A stretch of 60,227 nt of DNA, the filler included, from Hausera hauseri (taxonomy: Eukaryota), in the NCBI GenBank assembly GCA_046269625.1. It is 10 parts of 10 records of this genome, joined end to end, with 100 filler letters (N's around TTAATTAATTAA, not from the genome) between each part and the next. Parts side by side here need not be neighbours in the genome. Positions count along the whole stretch, not along the records: positions 49,689 to 55,338 come from JBJURY010213633.1; positions 55,439 to 60,227 come from JBJURY010435360.1; 8 more parts are not named here. One strand, written 5' to 3'. Position numbers and translations under genes: made by a program. Positions 50,003 through 60,227 of this stretch are shown here, piece after piece. Numbering within the stretch: position 1 is the stretch's first letter; each line of letters starts with the position of its first letter. The notes under the pieces were generated by a model, which searched no databases, was not told the DNA's origin, and saw only the letters and a program-made list of their open reading frames with translations.

Positions 50003-50620
50003 GATCAAACTGCAAAATGATGTCATTTTCCGGATTGTAGGCCCCAGTGGAAGTGTCAAAACACACTTTGTATGTAAACTGTTGCAGAACTACGGTGACA
50101 TGTTCCACTCACCGCGGTACAATCAAATTTACTGGCATCAGGGTGTTGGTGATGTTGGTGAGTCCGATAATTGATGGGTTTGATTAGAACTGCTCAGAGA
50201 GATTACGCAACCGTGAAGTTATTGTCATCGACGATTTATTTCAGGAAGCTGCGAAACAATTCGACTTCAACAACCTCTTCACGAAAATTGCACGACACCG
50301 TGGTGTGACGGTTATTTTCATTACGCAAAACATGTTCCATCAGGGCGGACAGTATCGAACAAGAAATATAAACGTACACTATTTGGTGTTGTACAAACAT
50401 CCCTGTGATCAGACAATCATTGATTATGTTTCACAACAAGCATTTCCTCACAACCGAGCCTACTTAATTAATTCATATCATGATGCTACGACCGAGCCAG
50501 ACGGATACCTGTTCATCGACTTTACATAACAGTGGCACGATGACATGCGTATATGAACAGACATTTTCAATCAAAAAGGTGTTTGTGTCTATAAACAAAT
50601 TCGAAAATCGACGACATGAT
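50003..50620 (+). pseudogene. Polinton A32/FtsK-like packaging ATPase
   Basis: IVGPSGSVKT (Walker A, mutated), VIVIDDL (Walker B), FTKIARHRGVTVIFITQNMF, YHDATTEPDGYLFID. Confidence 0.92.
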
Positions 50621-50836
50621 TATGATAAAAATGAAGAATTTCTGTAAAACAATTATTAACTTAAACCTACCAAGCGGATATCCGGCAAGAAATGTGTACC
50701 AAAACGAACCGCTACAGTCAAGCGATTAATAAATTCTGTGCTTCGAACAACAGCAGCAGCAACTAAACGCAAATCACCGTCACAGTTTTAACGTTTATAA
50801 ACAACTACGTCTCACTAGCATCAATACATCCAAAAA

Positions 50837-51160
50837 ATGGAATTTAAACGTAGTCAGCCGTACTTTATTGCTTTGCTCAAGACACCTACGAGACATAAGC
50901 GAAACATCCCACGATCATTCTGGCAGTTTTTAGAAGACGATTTAATGGAAATTTTGTACAATATTGTTGTGGGTCGCATTGACATTGGTAGTGGCAAGCG
51001 AAATTTACTAAAGTATCGAAAACGACTCATTGGCCTTGCCAACGCCCGTAGTAAACGACTGAAACGGGAGATCATCTACCAGCAATACGGCGGATTCCTT
51101 GGTGCAATTCTGCCGATTGTCACGTCATTACTGGGTGGACTCATTGGTTCTACAGCATAG
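50837..51160 (+). CDS. Polinton small basic core-type protein
   Basis: Basic, ends QQYGGFLGAILPIVTSLLGGLIG (GG protease-site-like motif plus amphipathic helix). Confidence 0.7.
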   Translation: MEFKRSQPYFIALLKTPTRHKRNIPRSFWQFLEDDLMEILYNIVVGRIDIGSGKRNLLKYRKRLIGLANARSKRLKREIIYQQYGGFLGAILPIVTSLLGGLIGSTA

Positions 51161-51271
51161 TATAAACAATGACGGTAAGTATATAATGATTCAGCGATAT
51201 AGGCGCATGGTTTTCATTATTTTGCCCAACTTTACTAAATCTTTTATTTACGTTTCGTTCTAATTGTTGTA

Positions 51272-52328
51272 ATGCAAGCAAAACCGATACCATTGACGAC
51301 AACAATGGGCGACTTGTGGTTCCACCCGCGTCATTCCATCGGATATACTGGCGTCGACAAACTGGCAAAGACTGTCAAACAGACTCAGCAACAGACCCAA
51401 CGTTGGCTCGGGAAACAGTTAGAATATAGCCTAAACAAACCGATAAAAAGGCGGTTTCCAACTCGTGCATACCGTGATGCCTGTTTAAACAACGTATTGC
51501 AAATGGATCTGATTGAAATGATTCCGTACGCCAGCATCAACGATGAGTATCGGTACGTGCTGATATGCGTCGATGAGTTTAGTCGTTTTGCACGTGCAAT
51601 TGCCGTGAAATCTAAATCCGGTAAAGAGATTGTCGACGCTGTTCAGACACTGGTGCAACAATAATAGCCAAAGCATTTACAAACGGATTTGGGTAAAGAA
51701 TTCTACAACACCCACGTTGCAGAGGTCTTGAAACGTTTTGGCGTAAACCACTACTCGGTGTTTTCCCAATACAAGGCTGCACTCGTTGAATGATTTAATT
51801 GAACATTGCGCGGTCGCCTAAAAATTTTTTTACGAAGCAAGGCAACAAGCGTTGGGTAGATGGATTGCCACATATTATTCATGCATACAATCATTCGACA
51901 CATCGTGGAATCAAGGGATTACGGCCGGTTGACGCAGTCGATGATTTGGACATGCGGATTTATTAAAACCGACAAGGACGACCAACTAAACGCCCAAAAT
52001 ATAAAATCGGTGATTATGTACGTATTTCAAAAATAAGTGCTACGCCATTTATTAAGAATTTTAATCAGAATTGAAGCGACGAGGGTTTCCGCATTTTGGC
52101 AATCAACACAAAATAAACACCTGTCATGTACGTTTTATAGGATGAAAACGGCGAGGAAATACGCGGTAAATTTTATGAAGAGGAATTGCAGGTACTGCCC
52201 GAGAAATCCGATGTACATCGTATTCAAGAAATTCTACGTTCATGTGGCAAAGGTTCGAATAAACAATGTCACGTCAAGTCGCACGGATATACTACACCGA
52301 CTTGGATTTTTGCATTGCAGATTGAGTG
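51272..52328 (+). pseudogene. Polinton retroviral-like (c-)integrase with chromodomain-like tail
   Basis: YSLNKPIKRRFPT, QMDLIEM, YVLICVDEFSRFA, LQTDLGKEFYN, AYNHSTH, YKIGDYVRISK, GKFYEEELQ. Confidence 0.93.
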
Positions 52329-53403
52329 ATGAGCATTTATTTGGTACTTGATAGTAACAGATAATTATCACAACATGACGACGACAATGACAATGACAGT
52401 ATCGCTAAACAGTTTACAGTGCACTTCGACCAGACAGTCGATTCGCGTTACGAAGCCTGGGAAGTGGCTTTGACGAAATTCACATTTACATTTTCACCAA
52501 TGTCAATACGTCAGAATAATGGTATTTACTTTATCCGACAAGAACAGAACCTTATTTCAAGTCGTTTTCGGTCAATCTGACACAATTACCGATATACTCT
52601 TCGCAATTATTCAAGAGAAAATTTCTCGGTTTATGCTTATTTTTCAAACTACCGTATGAAACTAATACATCGAAATCCCATGGAAATGCAGTTTAATTCT
52701 ATAGCTGATGCTCAAACATGGGTTTCTCAATCAGTCAATGTACACTCAAAACGTCTACGGCTAAGTGGACATGTTATAACTGGTGAAAAATTGGATTTTT
52801 CATCCGATGTGGAATCCGATATTATAGTAAAGTGAACTAAGTCAGAATCAGTCTTCGGCTCATATATTATACCACACGATTTACTAATAGAAACTAAATT
52901 GGAATTGTGTGAAAGCATCAAGAAAACGGTTACATTAGCCGCAAAGACATGTGAAATAAACGCAGATGGTCATATTTCGATTACACTCCATGACAATGTT
53001 ACCTATTTTGTCTTTTATGAATTATTGGCTCGTATCTAAGTTTTTCACAACGCGTATTCTATCAAAACATTGTTGGACGATCTATTGTTGCCAAATATAA
53101 ACCACAACTGTATGGAGAATTTCACAGAATCAACATTTTAACGGACTTAACGGAATCCGTGTTCGTTGGTGGAGAACGTAAACAACTGCTGGCTACTATG
53201 TTACTGGAAACTGATACGTACAAAACATCATCGGATAAAACTATTCGCGTTATTATGTTCAGACAGTGTACTTATCATTGTCTCACAATATCGTGCACAG
53301 TATTTCTGTGTATATGCTTGATAAATTTTGGGAACCCATTAAATTTCTGTTAGGGTCTACAACACATTTGACGTTACATCTTCTACATCGTCAACGTAAA
53401 TAA
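52329..53403 (+). pseudogene. Polinton minor capsid (penton)-like gene 1
   Basis: MSIYLVLDSN..FTVHF..WEVALTKFTF at start; ESVFVGGERKQLL and THLTLHL at end. Confidence 0.75.
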
Positions 53404-53416
53404 TAAACAAGCTTCG

Positions 53417-53493
<77 letters not shown>
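53417..53493. repeat. (TCA)n microsatellite, ~25 units
   Basis: Perfect trinucleotide run between the two penton genes. Confidence 0.98.
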
Positions 53494-53499
53494 GAGATC

Positions 53500-54564
53500 A
53501 TGAGTATTTGCCTTGTGTTGCCAAGCAACAGTTGTCCTACTACTCGTTCCAACAATTCCTCCAGTGAACACGTTGTAGATTGGAACACTCCTTTGGATTT
53601 ATCTGGACAATGGGAGGTTGCACTGATGGTATTTAACTTTCCCTATGTACTGGTGACATTGAAAGGTAGTATAAAAATAACGTACAACAAGACTTTTTCT
53701 GAAAACAAAGCACATTATTGTCCTCTGACACTTACTAACAATAAAATAACAGTTGGGGAATCGGGCATTTGCACGACCGAAACAGGTTACGGTTCATACG
53801 GCAAAATCGGTGTTTTTATTACAGATGAAAACTTACATTTTCTTGCACATTCTGAATTTACTGCTACCTTTTCGTCCTCTAATATGGCGCAGAAATTTGG
53901 ATTCAGAAATATAGTGTACAAAGGTAAACATATTAAAAGTGAATTAGTAGTTGCTCCAAGATAAAAAGGTGAAATTTACCCATACAACAAAAAGGGTGTC
54001 AGCGTCATACGTATCGATTAAAGACAATATCTATTGCGAATCTGTAGAACAGCTCTGTCAACAGTGTTCTTCTTCAAATAAAAAGTACAAGGCGATATTT
54101 AAAGTTTTCGATTCAGACGTTATGGGTACGTTAAATTTGAACTGGCTAAGGATATTGTCGACATGTCATTGGATAAAGCTTTCTCCATGGTATTGGGTTA
54201 TGAAAAACATCGGTTTGAGGCATCGACGACGGCAGCAATGGCATATGTTGCAACACTCAAACCTAAACTGAAAACGGGACTAAGTCAAATGTACATTTAC
54301 GTGAATGTCACGGAATCGATTTTGGTCAGTGGAGTACGCGTACCGCTACTCCGTGCAATTTATCAGGAAAGCAGCAAGTATACTGCCGGTGACAATGTCA
54401 CTATCAAGATCGATAATGTAATGTACCTACTTGTGGCATCTACATATATAAACAATGTTGAAGTAACTATTCGGTGTGACGCGGGCTGCCTTATCGAATT
54501 TCCGTACGGTACAACAACCAGTCTAACTCTTCATTTCCGTCAAATCCAACAACAACATGATTGA
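53500..54564 (+). pseudogene. Polinton minor capsid (penton)-like gene 2
   Basis: MSICLVLPSNS..LDLSGQWEVAL..FP; MYIYVNVTESILVSGVRVPLLR; TSLTLHFR. Confidence 0.85.
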
Positions 54565-54908
54565 TTCCGAAATCGTTTTCATTTACAGTAAACCGCAGCA
54601 GGGCGGGGAACTGCCGTATTTTGTTGGTAAACAGTGTGGCTCAGAATAGTTGCGTACATTGGTACATTTAGCATTTCCTGTGTTGAAGGATATTGGAGCC
54701 GTTGCAGCACAGGACGTACTATATGAAAACAAATCGATTTACCATCACTGAAGGAAATGCCTTGTCAGAAATAAAAAGGCGCTGCACCGGGAGTCATTGA
54801 ATCGGTTAAAAAACAATTAGCTGGCAACGGCTTCAGGAGGAAACGCTGTAGAGCATCATCGACCTCATGAATTATAAACAAACGTCGTCGTCATACGATT
54901 TTCGATTG
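54558..54908 (+). pseudogene. Polinton core-type protein (QxGG/QxGxG motifs)
   Basis: YSKPQQGGELPYFVGKQCG..AFPVLK..AAQDVL..QLAGNGFRRKR. Confidence 0.7.
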
Positions 54909-55338
54909 ATTGATAGACAAACGGCATCTGCAAAATCTGAATTGTGTATATTTTACAAAGCGGTGCCACAAGTTGTTATTAACAATGGGGCATTTGAAGA
55001 AATTTACCCCGTTAATTCGGTTTCAACGGACGATAACATTGACATTCAATTCAACATTATGGCATCGGAAAATGAATACCTGGACTTGAGCGATACGCTA
55101 CTCCATGTAATAGTGATTGTTAAAAAGGATTTGTCAACGATTCTCGCTGCAACAGACACTGTCACACCGGCCAATTACCTTTTACTCACACTGTTCCAGG
55201 AGGCCTCACTGACTCTGAACAACGTCAAAATCGAAAGCAACACAAGTCTATACAATATCAAAGCACGGCTCTAAATTACAGTAACGACTCATTTGACGAA
55301 AACCATTGGATACGATGCCACAGCGGCAAACCGTCAGG
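54867..55338 (+). pseudogene. Polinton major capsid protein N-terminus (truncated)
   Basis: AKSELCIF..PQVVI..EEIYP..IQFNI..EYLDLSDTLLHV..PANYLLLTLF. Confidence 0.85.
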
Positions 55339-55439
55339 NNNNNNNNNNNNNNNNNNNNNNNNNNNNNNNNNNNNNNNNNNNNTTAATTAATTAANNNNNN
55401 NNNNNNNNNNNNNNNNNNNNNNNNNNNNNNNNNNNNNNA

Positions 55440-56483
55440 CCATCTGACCACGTTACCTATTACTACACTTGGAATATAACAACCCCTTTCTCTATTCCAT
55501 ATTTTCAATTACACATGTGTTGCCTATGCCAAAAACCTAATAGAATAGCCTACCAATTTAGCTGTTGTAATGCTGAGTACTGTGCCCATTGCTATCAACT
55601 AGAATCCCATCATCGATATTTAATCTGTAGCATATGTTATTTTTGCCCTCAATTCATTTACTCGTATTTTCATCATCCTAGAAGAGCTCTCCTTACTATT
55701 ACTAATACGCCAATTCCTCAAATACTTCCAACAAGATACTTTCGACTAGAACGACAAGCATCAGTTCGAATCGAATTCCCAATTCATAAATTCGACCCTT
55801 CTACAATAACTAGACCACCACCAATTACTTTTCAAACATCTTTACCTCATATTAATGTTATGACTCTTTTACGCCAACTATCTTCAATACCACATCTACG
55901 TTATCACCCCGAGCAAATCACTAGACCATTGCCTGAATTACCAGTACCCGCACTTTCAATAATACCTACACCAACCATCTCCTACAGTCCACCACTGCCA
56001 ATATCATTACAAGAAGATTGGTTTCCTGTCTTCAATAAATGCCCAATCGACCTTATTTCTGACTTAGCCCCTCCTGACTTATGGGCAACACTACAATCTC
56101 TCTACTATGATCAACTCCCTACCTATGAATGTACAATATGCCTTACCGAAAGAATAACAGTGGTTCAATTTCAATGTAACCACAAATTATGTGCAACCTG
56201 TTTTAACAAACTTCGATCCCAATCCCTCAAATCGATCAATCCAGAGGATGCTCTTCAGATGACTTTTCAGAATGGCATTTCATGTCCATATTGACGACAA
56301 CCATCAGTCTATTATCATTTCTCCTATACCTACGACAATCGTACTCAACGATTATGCCACTGGATGAATCCAGTAAATGATGCGACTCTAACGATCAGAC
56401 CAAGAAATCTCAGCTTCATCGATGTTAGTACCCAGAGTGATCCGGAGGACCGAATCCTTTTTCAAAAGGAGGAGCAATGTTAG
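55440..56483 (+). CDS. Double RING-like accessory ORF of an LTR element (5' partial; one internal TGA at 56292)
   Basis: CCLC..CC..YCAHC..CSIC and CTIC..CNHKLCATC..CPY*R; frame open from contig start and again from 56295 to TAG 56481-56483. Confidence 0.75.
56464..56477 (+). promoter_or_regulatory. Polypurine tract
   Basis: aaaaggaggagcaa immediately followed by TGTTA, preceded by gaggac..tttt. Confidence 0.75.
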
Positions 56484-59465
56484 GACCAGACTTTTAGAAC
56501 TGACCAGACTTTTAGAACTGACTTCAGATAATTAACAACGTAAACTTCCTTTGTGATTAACGATTTATGCACCCCAACATAACATCAACATAACATCATT
56601 TGGACAGTTTATGTATTTCTTTTATTTTGTTGAGCCCCACCTGATGGGCATTTTTACCTTGCTGACATGTGTACAATAATTGTATCCAATATTCGATTAC
56701 TTAATAGCGGCTGACTGAATAAATAAAATGATGATGATTAAATAAAATGATTAATTGATTGCGTTGAGTGAGTGAACAGCCTGTGACAAATAATGACGCA
56801 TTTGGACCGTAATTCTAGAAATATGAAATGACACATGTTAACAATCCTAAAAATAAGAAATTACGCATTTCAACAAAATCGAATACTAAATGACGCATGA
56901 CATTAGTCACCATATGACAATAATCGCAATTCTGAAAATCAATTATAAAAATAAAGAATGACGCACAAAATGCCTAGTACAAGTGACGCATGACAATAAT
57001 CACAATTTTGTTAATCGATTATAAAAATAAAAGAATGACGCATAAATGCTTAGTAAAATAGTATATAAAGGCAATGTAATTTACACAAAAAACCAACAAA
57101 AATTAGAATTAGAAACAGAATTATACTTACACAATTTTCTTTGAGAAAATACTGGTTGTACGCTATTGAAGAACATTGAACTTACTTAAAGGTAAGTCGT
57201 TGTGTATGATTCTATTTATTCAGTGTTAACTAGTTGTTACGGTAAAAGAGGTTGACTATTCTTATTAAAAGATCGAGAAATTCAGATTCAAGAAAACCTA
57301 CGAGTAGTGTAAATTGCCATCGTTATTCGAGTGAATTCCTACATTTAACCTGGTGAACCGGAATATTGTATATCGGTGTATAATGGCTAATTCTCATGAC
57401 AACAATACGGTTGAAGAACCAGAGATGGGTAAGAAAGGTTTTGGCTGTTCATTCATAAATAAATAAATAGCAAAATGATGATTTTTGGGGCGCCGCTGAT
57501 ATTTTAGTTTCTTTATATGTACATTGATGTCGTTCAATAAATATTTTGTTACATTAAATTGGGTGTGTAGTGAGACTGTGGTTATACTCTTTTATTAATT
57601 AAATAGTCTCTGCGAAATTGATCGTGAAATTAATATTGAAATACACAATGATGGAAAAAGGAAATTTTAAGTTTATCCTTATGTATACGAGAAATACTAA
57701 GACATCTACCGGAAAGGGAGTGCCTTATCCTAAAAACAAAAGAAGCCGAACAACAAGGTTATTCAGTTATAACAACAAATCAAAGATAGCATCCCAATCA
57801 AACTCAACAGATTTGGAGTTGGTGGGTAGCCGAAATTGTTGGAAATTGTTGACAGACTATTAGGACAATGGCGAAGATGTCATAGTGGATACCGAAGCTG
57901 CGACTACCAACAGTGTCATTAGGTACTCCAGAGAAAATAAAATTCTTGACTATTCCTGGTTTACTATAGCCTTGTTACCTTTATCAGTGATTTAAGAGAA
58001 AATAACATCTTATACTTGAAATTTCATTAATTATTATGTCAGGTATTCGTTGTTTACTATGACGATATAATACTCGATAGTTTTGTAATAGTATTGAAAT
58101 ATTGATGTCATGCTCGATACCATAATTTGAATGTAAAATATTGGGTCTTTATCGAGGGGTCGATATGTGTTAATACATCTCTATTAAATGTTAAAAATAT
58201 TAAGAGTATAGATATAGTAATGTAAATGTCTCACAATTGTGAATATGGTAATAATGTAATTTTAGTTTCTCTGCTTGTGAACATTAATAACCTCAAAATT
58301 TATTACTTAATCGTTAATGCTGATAGATAGAATCAAGGGTTTGTTATTGACAAATTTGTATGAAAGACTTCTATCTCGGCAAGAAGGGAATATTTTATAG
58401 ATAAGTAAATAATCAAAACGCTGCACTGGTTATTATTACATGTTTGATAATATTGTACTGAATACCGATTTATCCTATTTCCATAATTATATACTCAGAC
58501 ATATTTGAAACCAAAGTAATAGTCCATACCGACACCCAAACGAACAAATAGTGGTTGATTGTTGAGAATTTTGTGGGTTGTGATCATTAGAATGAGAGGT
58601 TAAAATTATGGACAACTAGCAATATTGTCAAAGATAGGATAAATACAAATAGCTTTCCGGACCATAAAACTTTCTAACTTTCAGATGGAGAAGTACACAT
58701 TGAATACTACAAAAAGGGGTACATTTACACAAAAATTAAGAACAAACAGATCATTTGGGACTTATAAATGGTAGGTTCTATTAGGAAAGAATTTCTCTGA
58801 ATGCCCCGTAACCCTTTATATGTGGATACACACTAAGGTTGAAATAATACCCCTGTATCTAACATATGGGTCTGTCGTTTGAAAAATTTCGGAAATGTTT
58901 GGGAGCAAGGATTTAAGGCTGGATGGTAAAAGAATTAATAGACTATTGGCCTTGAAGAAAGGGTCGGTTATCTTATTCGATTTTAGCCATTGTGCATGGA
59001 ATTCCAACCATGTACGACTGGAATGTTGTTTATCTGTAAAATAGTCGGCACAAGGGAAATTGGTCAAAGAGGATGCTGCAGGTAGAAATAAAGGGGACTG
59101 CTTTAGAGGAAAGTGTATGGTGGGAATATCGTTGAGTTCCTGAAGATCGTTTAATGCAGATTTAGTGTCGGAACCGCCGAATAGGCGTGGACATAAAGTT
59201 GTTATTAGTGGTGAAGGGGGGGTAAAAATGATGATATTAGATCAGAATAATGAAGGTAGTATCCGTTTATGCATAGTGTGAATCATTTTAAGTTAATTCG
59301 ATAAGCCAAATCTACAAATAAATCTACTACTGTTGCCTTAGCGTGTGTGATGTGTGTATATATTTATTTTGAAGGAAAAGTAAAATAGGAAAAAAGACGT
59401 GTCATATCGGGGATGTAGTGCGCCACCGGGGACACGCTTGCGCTAAAACCACAGGTAATGTAACA
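56478..59465 (+). repeat. Probable ~3-kb 3' LTR (TGTTA...TAACA)
   Basis: Starts after PPT; five TGACGCA motifs, TATATAAA 57062-57069, donor AG|GTAAGT 57192; candidate end TAACA at 59461-59465 where sequence character changes. Right end is inferred. Confidence 0.65.
58816..59067 (-). CDS. Antisense ORF with gag N-terminal (DUF7041-like) pattern
   Basis: TWLEFHAQWLKSNKITDPFFKANSLLILLP..DPYVRYRGII resembles WF..E..F....IT....K...L...LP......PY..LK..I. Confidence 0.35.
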   Translation of the reverse strand: MTNFPCADYFTDKQHSSRTWLEFHAQWLKSNKITDPFFKANSLLILLPSSLKSLLPNISEIFQTTDPYVRYRGIISTLVCIHI

Positions 59466-60227
59466 TTAGGTCGTGACTGCCGCTCTATAATTTTCACCTG
59501 CTGGCGGTGGCACACTGACCTTTAGACTCATTGTAGGTTGTCTTCGAGTGATCGTATTAAAGTATTGTAAAAATTTAAAAACGTATTTTTCTTCTTCTGA
59601 AATTTGACGTACTTGGTGTATCGTATTATTTTTACTGACGAACAGAAAACACGTTGAAGGATTATCTACGCTGCATGTTACGAGAAGATTGCTGGAACCT
59701 AGGAAATCAGATTTATTGGTATTGTACAGAATGACGTCAAAATAAACTATATCCAAAATACGAAAATAGCTAATTCTGAAAACTGTATGATCATCTATCG
59801 TGATTGACGTCTTAGATTTGTAGAATCCTATTTTTTACCGATTCCTGTAAAAGGTATATGTAATTTAAATGGTAATTTAGACGATGCATTTGACACTTGA
59901 ATGATAGACTTGACAGTTTTATTTATGTAAGGTTCTTTAGGTCGGTAAATCAGGGTTCGCATGTATCTTCGTATTCTAGTAATGTTATATGAGCACGCAT
60001 AAACATATAAAGGTGCTATTGAGAGATAATTAAAATACATGATCCAACCTTTGACTTGGGAAGGCAATGTTCCAAATTTTTGAGCAATATCGTTTGGAAA
60101 TTTATCACACTGACAAATTACTACAGTAGTACAATTTTGTGGAACACATTTACATTTATCATTCAAATTATGTGGTCGTAATAACGTTTTGAGTTGAATA
60201 GTTCGATCCACCTTGTTTTTCACATTT

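Noticed and set aside
53383-53588. Poly-Asp and poly-Met ORFs
   Set aside because: Translation artefacts of the (TCA)n microsatellite.
56292-56294. TGA at a RING Cys position as selenocysteine
   Set aside because: No SECIS identified, and neighbouring elements are full of random nonsense mutations; simple decay is more likely.
56484-57060. Spaced repeats resembling a CRISPR array
   Set aside because: Short motifs within tandem duplications, irregular spacing, eukaryotic LTR context, no cas genes.
1-60227. One giant composite virus/element combining Polinton, Gypsy, tRNA and UBR4 genes
   Set aside because: The pieces are separated by artificial spacers, so adjacency across them carries no biological meaning.

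Overview
This is not one locus. It is ten unrelated eukaryotic (invertebrate animal) contigs joined by artificial 100-bp spacers (44 N + TTAATTAATTAA + 44 N), and almost all of the sequence is mobile DNA. Contents: (1, 2) two different decayed Polinton/Maverick protein-primed PolB genes. (3) A 4.4-kb contig whose ends overlap by 77 bp, carrying two tRNA-Asp(GTC) genes, LINE/SINE debris and a hAT-type MITE with an 8-bp TSD. (4) A Ty3/Gypsy element (gag-pol, long post-integrase tail, start of an env-like ORF). (5, 8) Two independently decayed copies of an unusual large Ty3/Gypsy-type element. In it a chuvirus-like glycoprotein lies upstream of pol, in frame with the gag-side ORF, and ends in a conserved P(T/S)AP motif. 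After pol come a second membrane protein, a catalytically degenerate REX4/ISG20-like exonuclease fold and a RING finger. (6) AT-rich non-coding DNA. (7) Three exons of a divergent UBR4/pushover gene. (9) A Polinton morphogenesis module (ATPase, integrase, two pentons, core proteins, MCP) with a divergently oriented TBP-like ORF. (10) The 3' end of another LTR element with a double-RING ORF running through the PPT into a ~3-kb LTR. The best candidate for an undescribed system is the gag-env(chuvirus-like)-pol-accessory retrovirus-like element. All family assignments are from motif recognition by eye; no searches were run.
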